Shown: positions 28,564 to 38,822, numbered from the stretch's first letter. The stretch: 64,000 nucleotides of DNA from Pseudomonadota bacterium (GCA_038134595.1 JAYPVM010000001.1:291359-355358); one strand, 5' to 3'. The notes: a model not told the origin generated them from the sequence alone. Numbers and translations: made by a program.

Positions 28564-29742
28564 TTAACGTGAGATATCCGCTGATGTTAGCGGTAAGGTA
28601 ATAGTGAAGGTGGATCCCATGTCTTTTCCGGGGCTCTTTGCTTCGAGTGTTCCTCCATGTTGTTCGATTATGTGTTTGGCTATTGTTAGACCTAGCCCAA
28701 GACCTGCAGAGTGGTTGGCATCGCGTACATGCCGTTGGACGTAACGTTCGAATATTTGGGGAAGCAACTCTCCATCGATTCCTTGTCCAGTATCTGAAAT
28801 TAAAATATGCACTGAAGAATTCTCTACCGATGTTACAATAGAGATGGATCCTTTATGTGGTGTAAATTTCACTGCATTTGCAATAAGGTTACCAAGTGCC
28901 TGTTGAAAGCGAGTGTGGTCGATGGAAACGGCAACATCTTCTTCGTGTTTCCTGACTGATAGGGATATATGCTTCTCTTTTGCAATCGGGTAGAAGGTTT
29001 TTATAGCTTTGTCAATCTGCTCATTGAGCTTGCCATTTGTTGGCGTTAAGGACATTTTACCGGAGATGATTCTATTCATGTCTAGGGTATCTGAAACAAG
29101 CTTACTCAGCAGCCAGGCATTTTGCTCGATAACCTCTAGTGCCGTTGATACTTTTTCGGCATCCAGTGATTCTTTGTGCATGATTTGGATCCAGCCTAGA
29201 GTTGAGTTTAAGGGGTTTCGTAGCTCATGAGCAAGATTTGCAATAAATGTATCTTTTGATCGCAGAGTTTTCTCCGTCTCTGCCTTGAGAGCTTGGTCTA
29301 TAGCTAGTTTTGTTCGTAGCTGTGCTTCTTGTTCTTGAGAGGTGTAGAGCTCGGTAAGATCTTCACAGTAGATAATGATACCATCTGGGGTGGTGCTGTC
29401 AGCATTGGTCTGCCACGGTTGTATTTCCCAGGCTAGCCATTGCGTTGTTTCATCGTGACGCTTAAATTTCTCACCGGGGTTGTGCTCTGTTGCGCCGTTT
29501 AGACATCTCTTATGAATTTCTTTCCATTGTGGTGGTATTTCGGGGAAGATCTCGTAATGGCTAAGTCCGTTTACTGAAGCAAGCGGAATCTTGAAATCTT
29601 CAAGCCAGCGTTTGCTCGCTGTGATGTAACGCATGGAGCGGTCAAGCATTGCAATTGCAACAGGGGCCTTCATTATGAAAATCTGGAGTAGTTCAACGGG
29701 TGTCGTATCTGATGAGAATGTTATCGAAGAGGAGTTTTTCAT
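28564..29742 (-). CDS. cytoplasmic PAS-domain sensor histidine kinase
   Basis: PAS (APVAIAMLD...YEIFPE...W), H-box LAHELRNPL, N-box NLIANAVKFT, DTGQGI, GLGLGL, GSTF. Confidence 0.95.
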   Translation of the reverse strand: MKNSSSITFSSDTTPVELLQIFIMKAPVAIAMLDRSMRYITASKRWLEDFKIPLASVNGLSHYEIFPEIPPQWKEIHKRCLNGATEHNPGEKFKRHDETTQWLAWEIQPWQTNADSTTPDGIIIYCEDLTELYTSQEQEAQLRTKLAIDQALKAETEKTLRSKDTFIANLAHELRNPLNSTLGWIQIMHKESLDAEKVSTALEVIEQNAWLLSKLVSDTLDMNRIISGKMSLTPTNGKLNEQIDKAIKTFYPIAKEKHISLSVRKHEEDVAVSIDHTRFQQALGNLIANAVKFTPHKGSISIVTSVENSSVHILISDTGQGIDGELLPQIFERYVQRHVRDANHSAGLGLGLTIAKHIIEQHGGTLEAKSPGKDMGSTFTITLPLTSADISR

Positions 29743-29947
29743 TGTACCTGTCCATGCGTAATTCCTCTCAGCGAGAGGCAGTAGTGGGTCGGTTTTTTCT
29801 GTATGACAAATATGTCACTCGATACAAGCTGCACATGCCCTACACATGAGCCTGCAGATCTAGTCAACACCAACTTGCTAAGCTGTTGTATAATGTTCGT
29901 CATGCCGGAGATAAAAGTTTCCGACCCGGATGGTGTGATATTCGGAT

Positions 29948-30781
29948 TTATTGGCGTCGAAGTTGTAAGACGATGCAAATACCCAGCGTTATCAGGGCCA
30001 TAAATAACCATTCAAAGACATATCCGAGATGAATGTCTGGTGGAGGAGTCGTGTCGAAGAGGGGAAGGGGGTAATCTTCTTCAGGGGATTCTAGCCCGAA
30101 GTTTTGGGTGGATCCTTGTCCGGTCATTGAGAGTACATCATTTCTCCCGGCTGAGCCTCGTTTTACGATTTCGCTAACTAGAAGTGGCTCCTCAGGGTTC
30201 TGAATGCGTTCAAGGTAAATGGGAAGGAGTGGATAAGGAAGCTGTTTTTGAATCTCTGGAATGTTGACCCGTATCCAGAGGTCTGCCCACGGCTTTTTTG
30301 TCCCCACCTCAGGATCTCGCGGAGCGAAGAGTTTTGGGGAGCTTGATAATTTCACGAGCCCATGGCCTTGAAAAAACGGTTCGCGTTGATACTGTCTTCT
30401 AACCGCTAGGGATTCTCTGCCTAGTGGGATAAACCCTCGATCGACTAAAACATAACTACTCGACCCCTCGATTTGTAGTGGCGTTATGACATGGAATCCG
30501 GCTCTATCCTGTTTGCCTCGGTTACGACGGACGATTATTTCGCGCTCAAAGTCATAGGTGCCAGAAACGGCAACACGCCGCCACTGATCTTTCTCCCACG
30601 ACCGACCTGGTATTATAAGAGTAGAGAGGTCTTGAATCGGAGCTTGTAATGTGTTTGTAAGGGTTTCAATAAGAGATTGTTTTTCGAGATGGCGATTCCA
30701 CTGCCAACGTGATGCGCAAAGCATTAGAATGATTAAGAGGGCGGATATGAGAGTAGTTTTTAGTGAAAAACGAAGATACAT
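29948..30781 (-). CDS. SURF1 family protein (cytochrome c oxidase assembly)
   Basis: TM-WQWNR, V-x-G-x-YD, GFHVITPL, LVDRGFIP, HLGY-x-x-EW-TM. Confidence 0.92.
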   Translation of the reverse strand: MYLRFSLKTTLISALLIILMLCASRWQWNRHLEKQSLIETLTNTLQAPIQDLSTLIIPGRSWEKDQWRRVAVSGTYDFEREIIVRRNRGKQDRAGFHVITPLQIEGSSSYVLVDRGFIPLGRESLAVRRQYQREPFFQGHGLVKLSSSPKLFAPRDPEVGTKKPWADLWIRVNIPEIQKQLPYPLLPIYLERIQNPEEPLLVSEIVKRGSAGRNDVLSMTGQGSTQNFGLESPEEDYPLPLFDTTPPPDIHLGYVFEWLFMALITLGICIVLQLRRQ

Positions 30782-31167
30782 GGCTCATAGGGTACCTGTT
30801 TTTGGTATGGGGGAAAACTGCGAGTGTTGTTGAAAGCAATCGATTTTATTGATGGCATGGGTTGCGTAGTTAATTGAAATGATTGATATTGTAGGGGTTT
30901 TGCTCGAGTCCCCACTCGGTGGTAGTCTAGCAGGGTGGTTAAAAATGATTTCCTGTTGCGCATTTCGATAGTTCGACTGCAACTTCGTTGGAGCCGCCGA
31001 AAAAATCCTCAACGTATCTCAGTGGATACGCCTCCGGTTTTTTCGTCGTCTCCGCCTCGTTTCGTCAAAACTCTCAAAATGCTCACGACGGAACCTTTTT
31101 TCACCACCCTGCTAGGAAAGATTCTGCCATGGGATGTGTTGGTGTTTTAGGGAGAGATTGTTAAGCG

Positions 31168-32136
31168 ATGATTATTGTTTCTGCAGGAGTATCACTGCCT
31201 GAGCATACGATATCCAGCGATGCTCTCCAAAACACCACTGCCGTTGATGATTTGCGTTCTCGGTGCGGGGTGTCGCAGACTCGAGTTTCTCTTCCGCAAG
31301 ACTATATTCTAGGTGATGGCAACGGAGACGTTTTAAGAGGCTGGGAAGTAGCGACTACATCGCCTACTGAACTAGGGGAGCAAGCCATACAACAAGCGCT
31401 AGCGAAAGCAGGGCTGACGATTGAAGATGTTGGATTGGTCGTTGCAGATACCGCGACTCCCTATCAAACCTGTCCATCGGAGGCGCAACGGATTGTTAAT
31501 AGGTTTGGTGTGAAGATCCCTGCATTCGATGTGGTAGGCGGCATCGCGGCGATTCCGGTACTGTTTGCTACATGCTCTAAATGGCGACAGGATGTAGATG
31601 GAAAGTATATAGTGATCGTTTCGACGAACACGCCTTCTCAGCAGATAAACTACCAAACGAAGGGCGAGCAGTGCGGCCTGTTGGGTGACGCAGCTGTCGC
31701 GTTTGTTCTTTCGACTGCTGGCGCTCACGCTGGAAAAGTTGTTCAACATGCATCGGTTGCGAGAAAAATCGGTTCGAAGAGTCCATTTGTAATTCACAGG
31801 CATATCTCTGTTAACGCAAGCGGTATAATGAGCAAGGATCAGCTTAGAGAGTGTGTGGTCACGCAATGGTCGGAGTGTCTGTCGATAGACAGTTCGGTCA
31901 AGAAGACGTCTCTGATTGTACCGCCCCAGCTTTATGCTCAAGAGGCAACAGAAATTCTTGTTTCTGAGGGCATCGAAGAGGAGCGAATTGTGTCGTGCGT
32001 TGCAGAGAATGGGTTTTCATTTGGGTCTGCTATGGGTGTTGCCATGATCAAGGCGCTGGAAGTGTCAGAGGCAGAAAAGGTGCCGGTCGTTGCAATGCAC
32101 TGCGGTGATGAACATGTTGGATTAATTATAGTGTGA
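31168..32136 (+). CDS. KAS III/FabH-fold protein lacking the catalytic triad
   Basis: Co-linear with the downstream KAS III (G-x-x-A-x-x-QAL-x-x-AG, P-x-EA-x-RI, AFDV, GDAA) but lacks Cys, His and Asn. Confidence 0.8.
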   Translation: MIIVSAGVSLPEHTISSDALQNTTAVDDLRSRCGVSQTRVSLPQDYILGDGNGDVLRGWEVATTSPTELGEQAIQQALAKAGLTIEDVGLVVADTATPYQTCPSEAQRIVNRFGVKIPAFDVVGGIAAIPVLFATCSKWRQDVDGKYIVIVSTNTPSQQINYQTKGEQCGLLGDAAVAFVLSTAGAHAGKVVQHASVARKIGSKSPFVIHRHISVNASGIMSKDQLRECVVTQWSECLSIDSSVKKTSLIVPPQLYAQEATEILVSEGIEEERIVSCVAENGFSFGSAMGVAMIKALEVSEAEKVPVVAMHCGDEHVGLIIV

Positions 32137-33131
32137 GGGGTAGCGCTGTGTTGCATATTTTGGGCATGGGGGTAAGCCATCCCACCACATCGATTGACAA
32201 CCATTTCTTAGAGGCTCTTGATGTAGGGACCAATGCGCAGTGGATTGAAGAGAAGATAGGAATTCTCAAGCGGGTCACTACACTATCGGAAGAGTACATT
32301 AAAACCACCCGAAATCAGGACCCACGTATGGCGCGTGAAGTGGCCTCGATGAGTGCTACAGACTTGGGAGTGGAAGCGGCGAAGCAAGCCCTTGTAAGTG
32401 CCGGTATCTCAGCTCGCGATGTTGGCATGGTGATTGTAAATTGCTGCACACCTCAAGATACAATGCCAGGTGAAGCAGTCCGTATTGCAGAGCAACTTGA
32501 TTGTTCAGCGATTGCCTTTGATGTGTACACAGCCTGCCCTGCATTTGCGCTTCATGTAGATTTTTTGCGCAAGTACGAGGAACGAGCTTTACCAGAGTTT
32601 ATTCTGTGTATCTCGACTGCAACGATGACGCATCATGTAGATTATAACGATCGATCGGATGGAGCAATTTGGGGAGATGGAGCCGCGGCGTGGATAGTTT
32701 CTCCAACTCAGAAGGGTAAGTTAGAGATTATAGAATCTACATATACGGCGGATCCGACTCGATGTGCTGCGGTGGTTGTCGATAGCTATCGATTTTTTCA
32801 TCAAGATGGGCGAGCGGTGCGCGATTTTTCGGTGCGACAGACAGTTCGTCTTATTAAAGCGCTCCAAGAGCAGTATGATATCGATTGGAGTCGAGATATT
32901 TTTATCGGACATCAAGCAAACAAAACTATGCTGGAGCAGATCACAAGGAATCGAGGAGTTCCCGCTGATAATCATTGGCACAATGTCACATATTTAGGAA
33001 ATCAAGCTGGAGCCGGTGCGCCTGCGTCGCTCGCGATGCACTGGGATAAGCTTCAATCGGGTCAGAATATTGTAGTAGCAGTAGTTGGTGCTGGGCTAAG
33101 TTGGGGCTCGATATTGTTGAGGGCACCTTAA
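32133..33131 (+). CDS. 3-oxoacyl-ACP synthase III (FabH family)
   Basis: AFDVYTAC (Cys), WGDGAAA, GHQAN (His), YLGN (Asn), GAGLSWG. Confidence 0.93.
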   Translation: MRGSAVLHILGMGVSHPTTSIDNHFLEALDVGTNAQWIEEKIGILKRVTTLSEEYIKTTRNQDPRMAREVASMSATDLGVEAAKQALVSAGISARDVGMVIVNCCTPQDTMPGEAVRIAEQLDCSAIAFDVYTACPAFALHVDFLRKYEERALPEFILCISTATMTHHVDYNDRSDGAIWGDGAAAWIVSPTQKGKLEIIESTYTADPTRCAAVVVDSYRFFHQDGRAVRDFSVRQTVRLIKALQEQYDIDWSRDIFIGHQANKTMLEQITRNRGVPADNHWHNVTYLGNQAGAGAPASLAMHWDKLQSGQNIVVAVVGAGLSWGSILLRAP

Positions 33132-33151
33132 GGGTTTTAAGGTTGTTTTTT
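33125..33151 (+). terminator. possible weak terminator between convergent genes
   Basis: ACCTTAAG-GGT-TTTAAGGT hairpin followed by TGTTTTTT. Confidence 0.35.
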
Positions 33152-34517
33152 AGTGCGTGTTTTTGCTCCCTGAGAGTGGCTTGCTGACGGATTGCATTAG
33201 AAACCCCACAAGCATCCAAACGATAATCGTAATCTCACTATCGCCAAAATTATACTCGACCAAACCTGCGACTTGCCAGGAGATAATCGCACAGCCGATA
33301 GCGATTGATAAAACAGAAGCCCCTTTTCTGAAGGCAGTTTTGATAAGTGTAACGACTATCCATAGAAAACACGCCAGTCCGAGCCAGCCTGTTTCTGCAG
33401 TAATGTTTAAAAAATTGTTGTGAAAGTGCTTCAGGGATTCTGGTATCTCTGGCGAAAATCTCCGGAGAACACCGCTATTGTGGTATCCCACACCCATTGG
33501 AAATTCCGAGATGAGTTCAACTCCTATGCGCCAGATAGTACTTCGCCCTCCTGAGATGGTGAAATGTTCGTAGGATTCTAGTAACCGGTGTTGAACCGAG
33601 GGTAGAAGCCCTGTAACAAGTGCAGCGATAGCAATGATGAGAGCTAGAAGACGCTTTGACAGCAGCGTGCAAAACACTAAGAGTGCAGACAACACCCCGA
33701 GCCAAGGGCCGCGCTTGAGGTTTATTACCAATGCGGAGAGCAGTAGTGGTAGCTGATGGGTCGTTAAAATCGTAAGCGTTACAGTCGATAGTGATGAAGG
33801 GATTTCGGTTTTGGTTGTCAGAGGCGAGCGATGGTATCTAAAAAAAATAGTGGCAGCCATAAGGAAGAATAGGGCGACACACAGCAGAGCCCAGGAGGTT
33901 GGTATGCCGAGGTCTTCTTGGAATGCATAGGCAAGGAGAGCTACGATACTTATTCCAGCACCGACTATGAGAAAGGGTCTCTGTTCTTTCGACATTTGTG
34001 AAAGGTTTTGAAATGCGACTCCAAATGCTAGAGGGATTACTAAGGCAAGTTGACCCGATTCAGTGACTTCCCCAAGAAATATCGACGGTAGGTGCACGAA
34101 AGGGCTTGAACTAAGCCATGAGTGTAAGGCGGCAAGTGATTGTCCTGCTAGGAGCGCTGTTACGCACGATGGCACACAGGCTACTGTCGAAAATACACCG
34201 ATGGTTAGGGAGAAAAAAACAAGCGAAACTAGTGACGGAAGGGAGTGTCGTGCGTCAAAACCTGTAAAAGCTGAAAGCGTTACGATGCCCAGAAAATATG
34301 CTACCGGGAGGCCAATAGCTCGAAATTCAGGGGATTGAGCTAGTGATTTAAGATGTGTCCGGCAGATGAAAAGCCAAATCAGAATAAGAGGGATGAGGCT
34401 AATGTATGTGAGAGACAGTTTTAAGGGGACAAGAAACGCAGTGAGAGCGCACCACCTCTCTAAAAGGATGAGGCTTCTGGGGCTAATAGGTAGTGAGACC
34501 GAACTGACTTTTGTCAT
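33150..34517 (-). CDS. O-antigen ligase / Wzy_C family membrane protein
   Basis: About 12 TMs; KRGPWLG, R-x-x-IW, P-x-GVG, HFHNNFLNITAETGWLGL. Confidence 0.88.
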   Translation of the reverse strand: MTKVSSVSLPISPRSLILLERWCALTAFLVPLKLSLTYISLIPLILIWLFICRTHLKSLAQSPEFRAIGLPVAYFLGIVTLSAFTGFDARHSLPSLVSLVFFSLTIGVFSTVACVPSCVTALLAGQSLAALHSWLSSSPFVHLPSIFLGEVTESGQLALVIPLAFGVAFQNLSQMSKEQRPFLIVGAGISIVALLAYAFQEDLGIPTSWALLCVALFFLMAATIFFRYHRSPLTTKTEIPSSLSTVTLTILTTHQLPLLLSALVINLKRGPWLGVLSALLVFCTLLSKRLLALIIAIAALVTGLLPSVQHRLLESYEHFTISGGRSTIWRIGVELISEFPMGVGYHNSGVLRRFSPEIPESLKHFHNNFLNITAETGWLGLACFLWIVVTLIKTAFRKGASVLSIAIGCAIISWQVAGLVEYNFGDSEITIIVWMLVGFLMQSVSKPLSGSKNTH

Positions 34518-34595
34518 GCAAGAAGTATAGTACCTCCCGCACTCTTTGGGCGATGAGTAATTTTGAATTTCTTTGATCCGGTCGATGCCGTAGAT

Positions 34596-35690
34596 CTACG
34601 GAACCGTCATTCCATCCATGTCATCGAGATCGGCCGCGATTAATTCGCTTTGAATCTGCTTGGCAAAATCAATTGCAGCAGAGTTGCGACTCGAAACGAT
34701 AATTTGATCTGTCAGTTCCTTAATCCCGTCTTCAAAGTTGACATGGTCGATTGCATCTTTAAGGAGAGCTGTATCGCTTGCAGGAGAATTCGAAATCTCT
34801 AATTGGTCAAAAAGCATGCGAACGCCGTCTATGCCGGTATTGATGAGGGCCTTTGCCCACATTGGAGAGTATTGGTCTCGCTTGGCAACTTGCTCCTGTA
34901 CAAACGGCAAAGCTGATTCCTCAGGGATAAACTCACCCGGACCGATGCCCACTGCATAGTAAGCGTCCGGATCGTTTCTTTGTTCGATATGCTTTTGGAG
35001 GAGCTCAGCTGCTAACAATGTACCTTGATTGGTAATGGCGGCAACTGATGCTTCACGTAGGGTGTCGTTGGTCGACACGAGCTGCTCCCCTAACACTCGG
35101 GTAATAGAATCATCTCCAAGTGAAAGTTCTAGCGCCTCGGCGTAAATGTCAGCATCCGTGGGAGATGCGGCGTTTTTGATGGAATCAACTAATATCTGGA
35201 TGTTGTCTGTGCGGCCAGAAATTGCAAGCACCTCGGCCAGATAGCTTTTCTGGTCCTGAGGGGTGGATGGATTCAATAGGTTCTCTTGAACAAGCGAGTA
35301 AAATTCTGGACACCATGAGCAGTCGCGTCCTGGCTCCGTAAATTGCTCGAGAATGGAATCGTCGAAGTCTCGAGCGCCCTTTAAAACGGCTTGCAAGGCC
35401 TGATCTGCTGAGGCGTACATCGTAGACGCTGGACGAATATTTTCGATTCCTTCTTCGTCGATGAAAATCGCACTGTCGTTAGATGCATCTCCGGTGCCAG
35501 GGGGGATTAAGCGAGGATCTCGTTGATTTGGGATTTGTGAGACCTTGTTTATAGGGACGCCTGATTGAACATTCCTATCTGGAGATGTACTGTCTGCCGA
35601 TGAGCCGATTGTTGATTCTCCTTTCTGACTTACAAGCCAGCCGCCGATTGCTACTGCGATAACAACAAGAGCGATGTAAACTTTTTTCAT
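34596..35690 (-). CDS. membrane-anchored acidic alpha-helical (HEAT-repeat-like) protein
   Basis: N-terminal TM, S/P/D-rich linker, repeats such as 'LAEVLAISG...ILVDSI' and 'DTLREASVAAI'; AGGA RBS. Confidence 0.65.
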   Translation of the reverse strand: MKKVYIALVVIAVAIGGWLVSQKGESTIGSSADSTSPDRNVQSGVPINKVSQIPNQRDPRLIPPGTGDASNDSAIFIDEEGIENIRPASTMYASADQALQAVLKGARDFDDSILEQFTEPGRDCSWCPEFYSLVQENLLNPSTPQDQKSYLAEVLAISGRTDNIQILVDSIKNAASPTDADIYAEALELSLGDDSITRVLGEQLVSTNDTLREASVAAITNQGTLLAAELLQKHIEQRNDPDAYYAVGIGPGEFIPEESALPFVQEQVAKRDQYSPMWAKALINTGIDGVRMLFDQLEISNSPASDTALLKDAIDHVNFEDGIKELTDQIIVSSRNSAAIDFAKQIQSELIAADLDDMDGMTVP

Positions 35691-35704
35691 AGGTATGAGG
35701 TCCT

Positions 35705-35736
35705 TTCTTTATCAGGATTCTTCTTTATCAGGATTC
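35705..35736. repeat. perfect 16-bp tandem direct repeat (TTCTTTATCAGGATTC x2)
   Basis: Copies at 35705-35720 and 35721-35736, adjacent to the RBS of the 34596-35690 gene. Confidence 0.9.
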
Positions 35737-36016
35737 TATTGTGCGTTCTCCAAGTTGTCCCTCCTCTGTCTCATGGTTTGGTGGGAGCCCTTTACGCTAA
35801 TGCAGTGTGCATTGCACAAGTTGGCGAGCAATTTGTGGAAGCTTTAGGCGTATATCTGGAGCAAACATAGTTTGTTCCGGCCAAACCTTTAACAGACTTT
35901 CCTTGGAATAGTACCCCCTAAAATGATACTCATTTGAGATTCTACCGCAAGTCTTCCTCATGCCTAGGGAGACAGTTATCTAGAATATCCACGCAAACAC
36001 CGTTCTGGTGAGCTGA

Positions 36017-37075
36017 TCAACTCGGCCTGAAGTCGGTCTTAGATGTAATTGATGTTACAAATTTAACAAGTATTTTTATCGCAGACTCAAGATCCTTATA
36101 GCTACAGATCTCTGCCTGTGTGTGCATGTATCGATTCGGTATGCCGATACTTCCAGCAGCAACGCCACCTCGAGCGATTTGCATAGTGTTTGCATCGTTT
36201 CCTAATGGTCTCGTCGATGGCGCAATTTGATAGGGGGTCTTTGTTTTTGTTGCAGCATCTTTGAGCATGCTTTCAACTACTGGATTGCAGTTTGGGCCAG
36301 TAACAATTGTGGGGCCTGCGCCCAGAAGGCATGGCGACGCCTTTGAGTCTGGTTCGCCTGGATTGTCGCTAGCATGAGTGACATCAATTGCGATCCCGAC
36401 CTCTGGATTGATTGCGTAGGCTGATGTTGTAGCGCCCCGCAGACCTACCTCTTCTTGCACTGTGCTAACGGCGTAAAGACCTACATTTAGTTTTCGCTGG
36501 GCGCATCTTCTCAGGGTCTCCATTGCTACAAAGAGTCCCACTTTATCGTCAAGACCAGGGGCGGATATGAGGTTTTTACCTAATTCGAGGATTGAAAGTT
36601 GAAATGTTGCCGTATCCCCAACCGAGACAAGTTTTTCAGCTTCTCGCTTGTTTTTGGCGCCGATATCAATCCAAATATCATTGATTTCGTTCTTTGTTTT
36701 ATTGCGCTCTTCGGTGTTTTGGCTGTGAATGGGTTTTCGTCCGATCACACCCTCTACGGGCCCTTTGCTCCCGTAAACTGTTACACGGGCTCCGTGAAGA
36801 ACTCCCACGTCGATACCACCTAGTTTGGATACATACAGAAAACCTTCCTTTGTAATGTGGCGTATCATGAGTGCTATTTGGTCACAGTGGCCTGCAAGCA
36901 TTACGCGTCGAGGAGCCTTGGTGTTAAGAGCAACGATGACATTGCCGTGCAGGTCGGTCTCAATAGAATCGGCGTATTTTTTCATTCTAGCTTTGACGAT
37001 TTTTTGAACAGCCTGTTCGGCTCCTGTGGGAGATGGTGTGAGTAAAAGCTCGTGTAGAAATTCTTTTGAGTCCAT
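36017..37075 (-). CDS. M42 family metallo-aminopeptidase
   Basis: GHCDQI, IDIGA, LDDKVG, QEEVGLRGA, IAIDVT, RYMHT metal ligands. Confidence 0.95.
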   Translation of the reverse strand: MDSKEFLHELLLTPSPTGAEQAVQKIVKARMKKYADSIETDLHGNVIVALNTKAPRRVMLAGHCDQIALMIRHITKEGFLYVSKLGGIDVGVLHGARVTVYGSKGPVEGVIGRKPIHSQNTEERNKTKNEINDIWIDIGAKNKREAEKLVSVGDTATFQLSILELGKNLISAPGLDDKVGLFVAMETLRRCAQRKLNVGLYAVSTVQEEVGLRGATTSAYAINPEVGIAIDVTHASDNPGEPDSKASPCLLGAGPTIVTGPNCNPVVESMLKDAATKTKTPYQIAPSTRPLGNDANTMQIARGGVAAGSIGIPNRYMHTQAEICSYKDLESAIKILVKFVTSITSKTDFRPS

Positions 37076-37202
37076 GAATTATCCTTGGATTAAAAACGTA
37101 TCATCAGTGTACATCGACAGTTTTCAAAGCACCACCGAGAAAGCTAAGCTTGTAGGTGGGTTGTGCGGGATTAAAGACCTGCATTTTGTTGGTTCTACGG
37201 GT

Positions 37203-38822
37203 ATGCTTAAAAAAACAACAGATTGTTCTATTACGATGCGAGATATGAGGAGGATCGACTCGCTTAAGCGAGCGCTTGCACTAAAAGTAGGACGCTGCCC
37301 TTGGTTTAATACTACTCTTGAGAAGCGATACTCGGGCTCAGAGGTGTCTTCGTGCGATGGATTAGAAGGGCTCATAGTGATGCTCGAGCACAAAGGGTTG
37401 TTTGATATTCTCATTGAGCATAAGACCTGTTTTGACTCCGATGGAGCGCGGTATCGGATAACACTGGCTCGGGCAGCCTCTACTGATATGTGGCCGATGG
37501 GAACCCATTATTGGCTCCGAGATAATGCGATAATAGGCGCTCGAATGCTTCGCTATGGGGATGCTCGCCGGAAGCGATTAGGCTTGGCCCTTCTTACTTC
37601 TGGATTGTCCTTTATATCCTCGTGCGCTCAGTTAGAGCGTTTTCGGACTGTCATACGCAGTAAAGGAAATGCTGCTCGTAACGACCCGCACGCTTGGCCC
37701 CATATCTTTGCGGCAGTTGGGGGTAATCTTTTAACCAAAAAGCTCGAGCCGTGGGCGCACAAGCAAGATGCGTGGCAGATTCTTAGCTGGTATATTATCG
37801 ACTCCATTGAACAGGGGATTCTCAGTGTTGCTGATTTGTCGGAGAAAAACAGGGAGTTTCTCGGTTTAATCGTTCCTTTTTTAGCTAAAATATCATTTTG
37901 GCGGTGTGAAAATAGTGGCTCGTGGGAAGAGTTGCCCGCAGTAAGAACTTCAGTGCGCGCATGGGAGCATCGCTTGGTGGTGCGCCTTGGAGAGTTAGCT
38001 AAGAATCGAAAATTTGCATTTCTCCGTTCGATATATCTTCGAGAGCGTCACTATCTGGGAGCAGATCTGAAGAGTCTTTCTTTTGACGAGATCGTTGCGA
38101 AGATGAATCAACGTGCTTCTCGCAGCATGTTGCGGGATCTGCCGTATGAATCTCCGCGCTATGCGAAGCATGATCCGCGTTACCGTGAGGCGGATGCCGC
38201 ACTCCTTTATTTGCTCGAGATCGATTACGTTACATTTCTAGCGCAGCAAGTTGGTCGAACTAAGGCGTGGATTCGCGCGATGGAGAAGCAGATTCTGCGT
38301 GAGGTATTGCGGTTGAGGGATCCAGTGGTTGGTGGATTTGCCCGTTACAAAAACGATTCATATCAACGTACTGGTTTTTTTCGGGAGGAAACAACCGAGC
38401 GGCTCCGTCAGATGTATGGAGGGCCCTCAGGCGATGCAAGTAGTGATTTTGTTGGGCGCGATGCCATAGTACCCAAGGGGCGTTCTGCAGTCTGGACTCA
38501 TTTTGTATGGCAAATTGCTTCGTGGTCAGGAGAGCGGTTTCTCGCCACCGGGGATTCCTCAATGAGACGACTTCATGATGAGTTTTTTGAGCAGGGAATG
38601 AAGCTTGTGACAGGCTCGTCTCGTAGTGTCGATTATACGGCAACAGGGAGGCCTCGGATAATCCGGATTCCTTCGTATCGGATGCCTGAGTGTTACATAT
38701 CAGAACGTGACAGCCTCGGGGAGGAGATTATCTTTCCATCACCCCATACGCCGCTAAACTGGTCTATTGCAGAGATGTACGCCGCGTGCCAGGTCCGCCG
38801 TTCGGTGCTGCAGTCCGTATAG
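37203..38822 (+). CDS. glycoside hydrolase family 15-like / phosphorylase-kinase alpha-beta-like (alpha/alpha)6 protein
   Basis: YWLRDNA, HKQDA, ENSGSWEE, RY-x-x-D-x-Y, MPECY, PLNWS. Start uncertain (37203-37380); the ORF-track start overlaps the divergent M42 gene. Confidence 0.75.
   Translation: MLKKTTDCSITMRDMRRIDSLKRALALKVGRCPWFNTTLEKRYSGSEVSSCDGLEGLIVMLEHKGLFDILIEHKTCFDSDGARYRITLARAASTDMWPMGTHYWLRDNAIIGARMLRYGDARRKRLGLALLTSGLSFISSCAQLERFRTVIRSKGNAARNDPHAWPHIFAAVGGNLLTKKLEPWAHKQDAWQILSWYIIDSIEQGILSVADLSEKNREFLGLIVPFLAKISFWRCENSGSWEELPAVRTSVRAWEHRLVVRLGELAKNRKFAFLRSIYLRERHYLGADLKSLSFDEIVAKMNQRASRSMLRDLPYESPRYAKHDPRYREADAALLYLLEIDYVTFLAQQVGRTKAWIRAMEKQILREVLRLRDPVVGGFARYKNDSYQRTGFFREETTERLRQMYGGPSGDASSDFVGRDAIVPKGRSAVWTHFVWQIASWSGERFLATGDSSMRRLHDEFFEQGMKLVTGSSRSVDYTATGRPRIIRIPSYRMPECYISERDSLGEEIIFPSPHTPLNWSIAEMYAACQVRRSVLQSV

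Noticed and set aside
29739..31150. Short ORFs 29739-30011, 30785-31012 and 30935-31150
   Set aside because: Overlap real genes or promoter regions; no motifs or convincing RBS.
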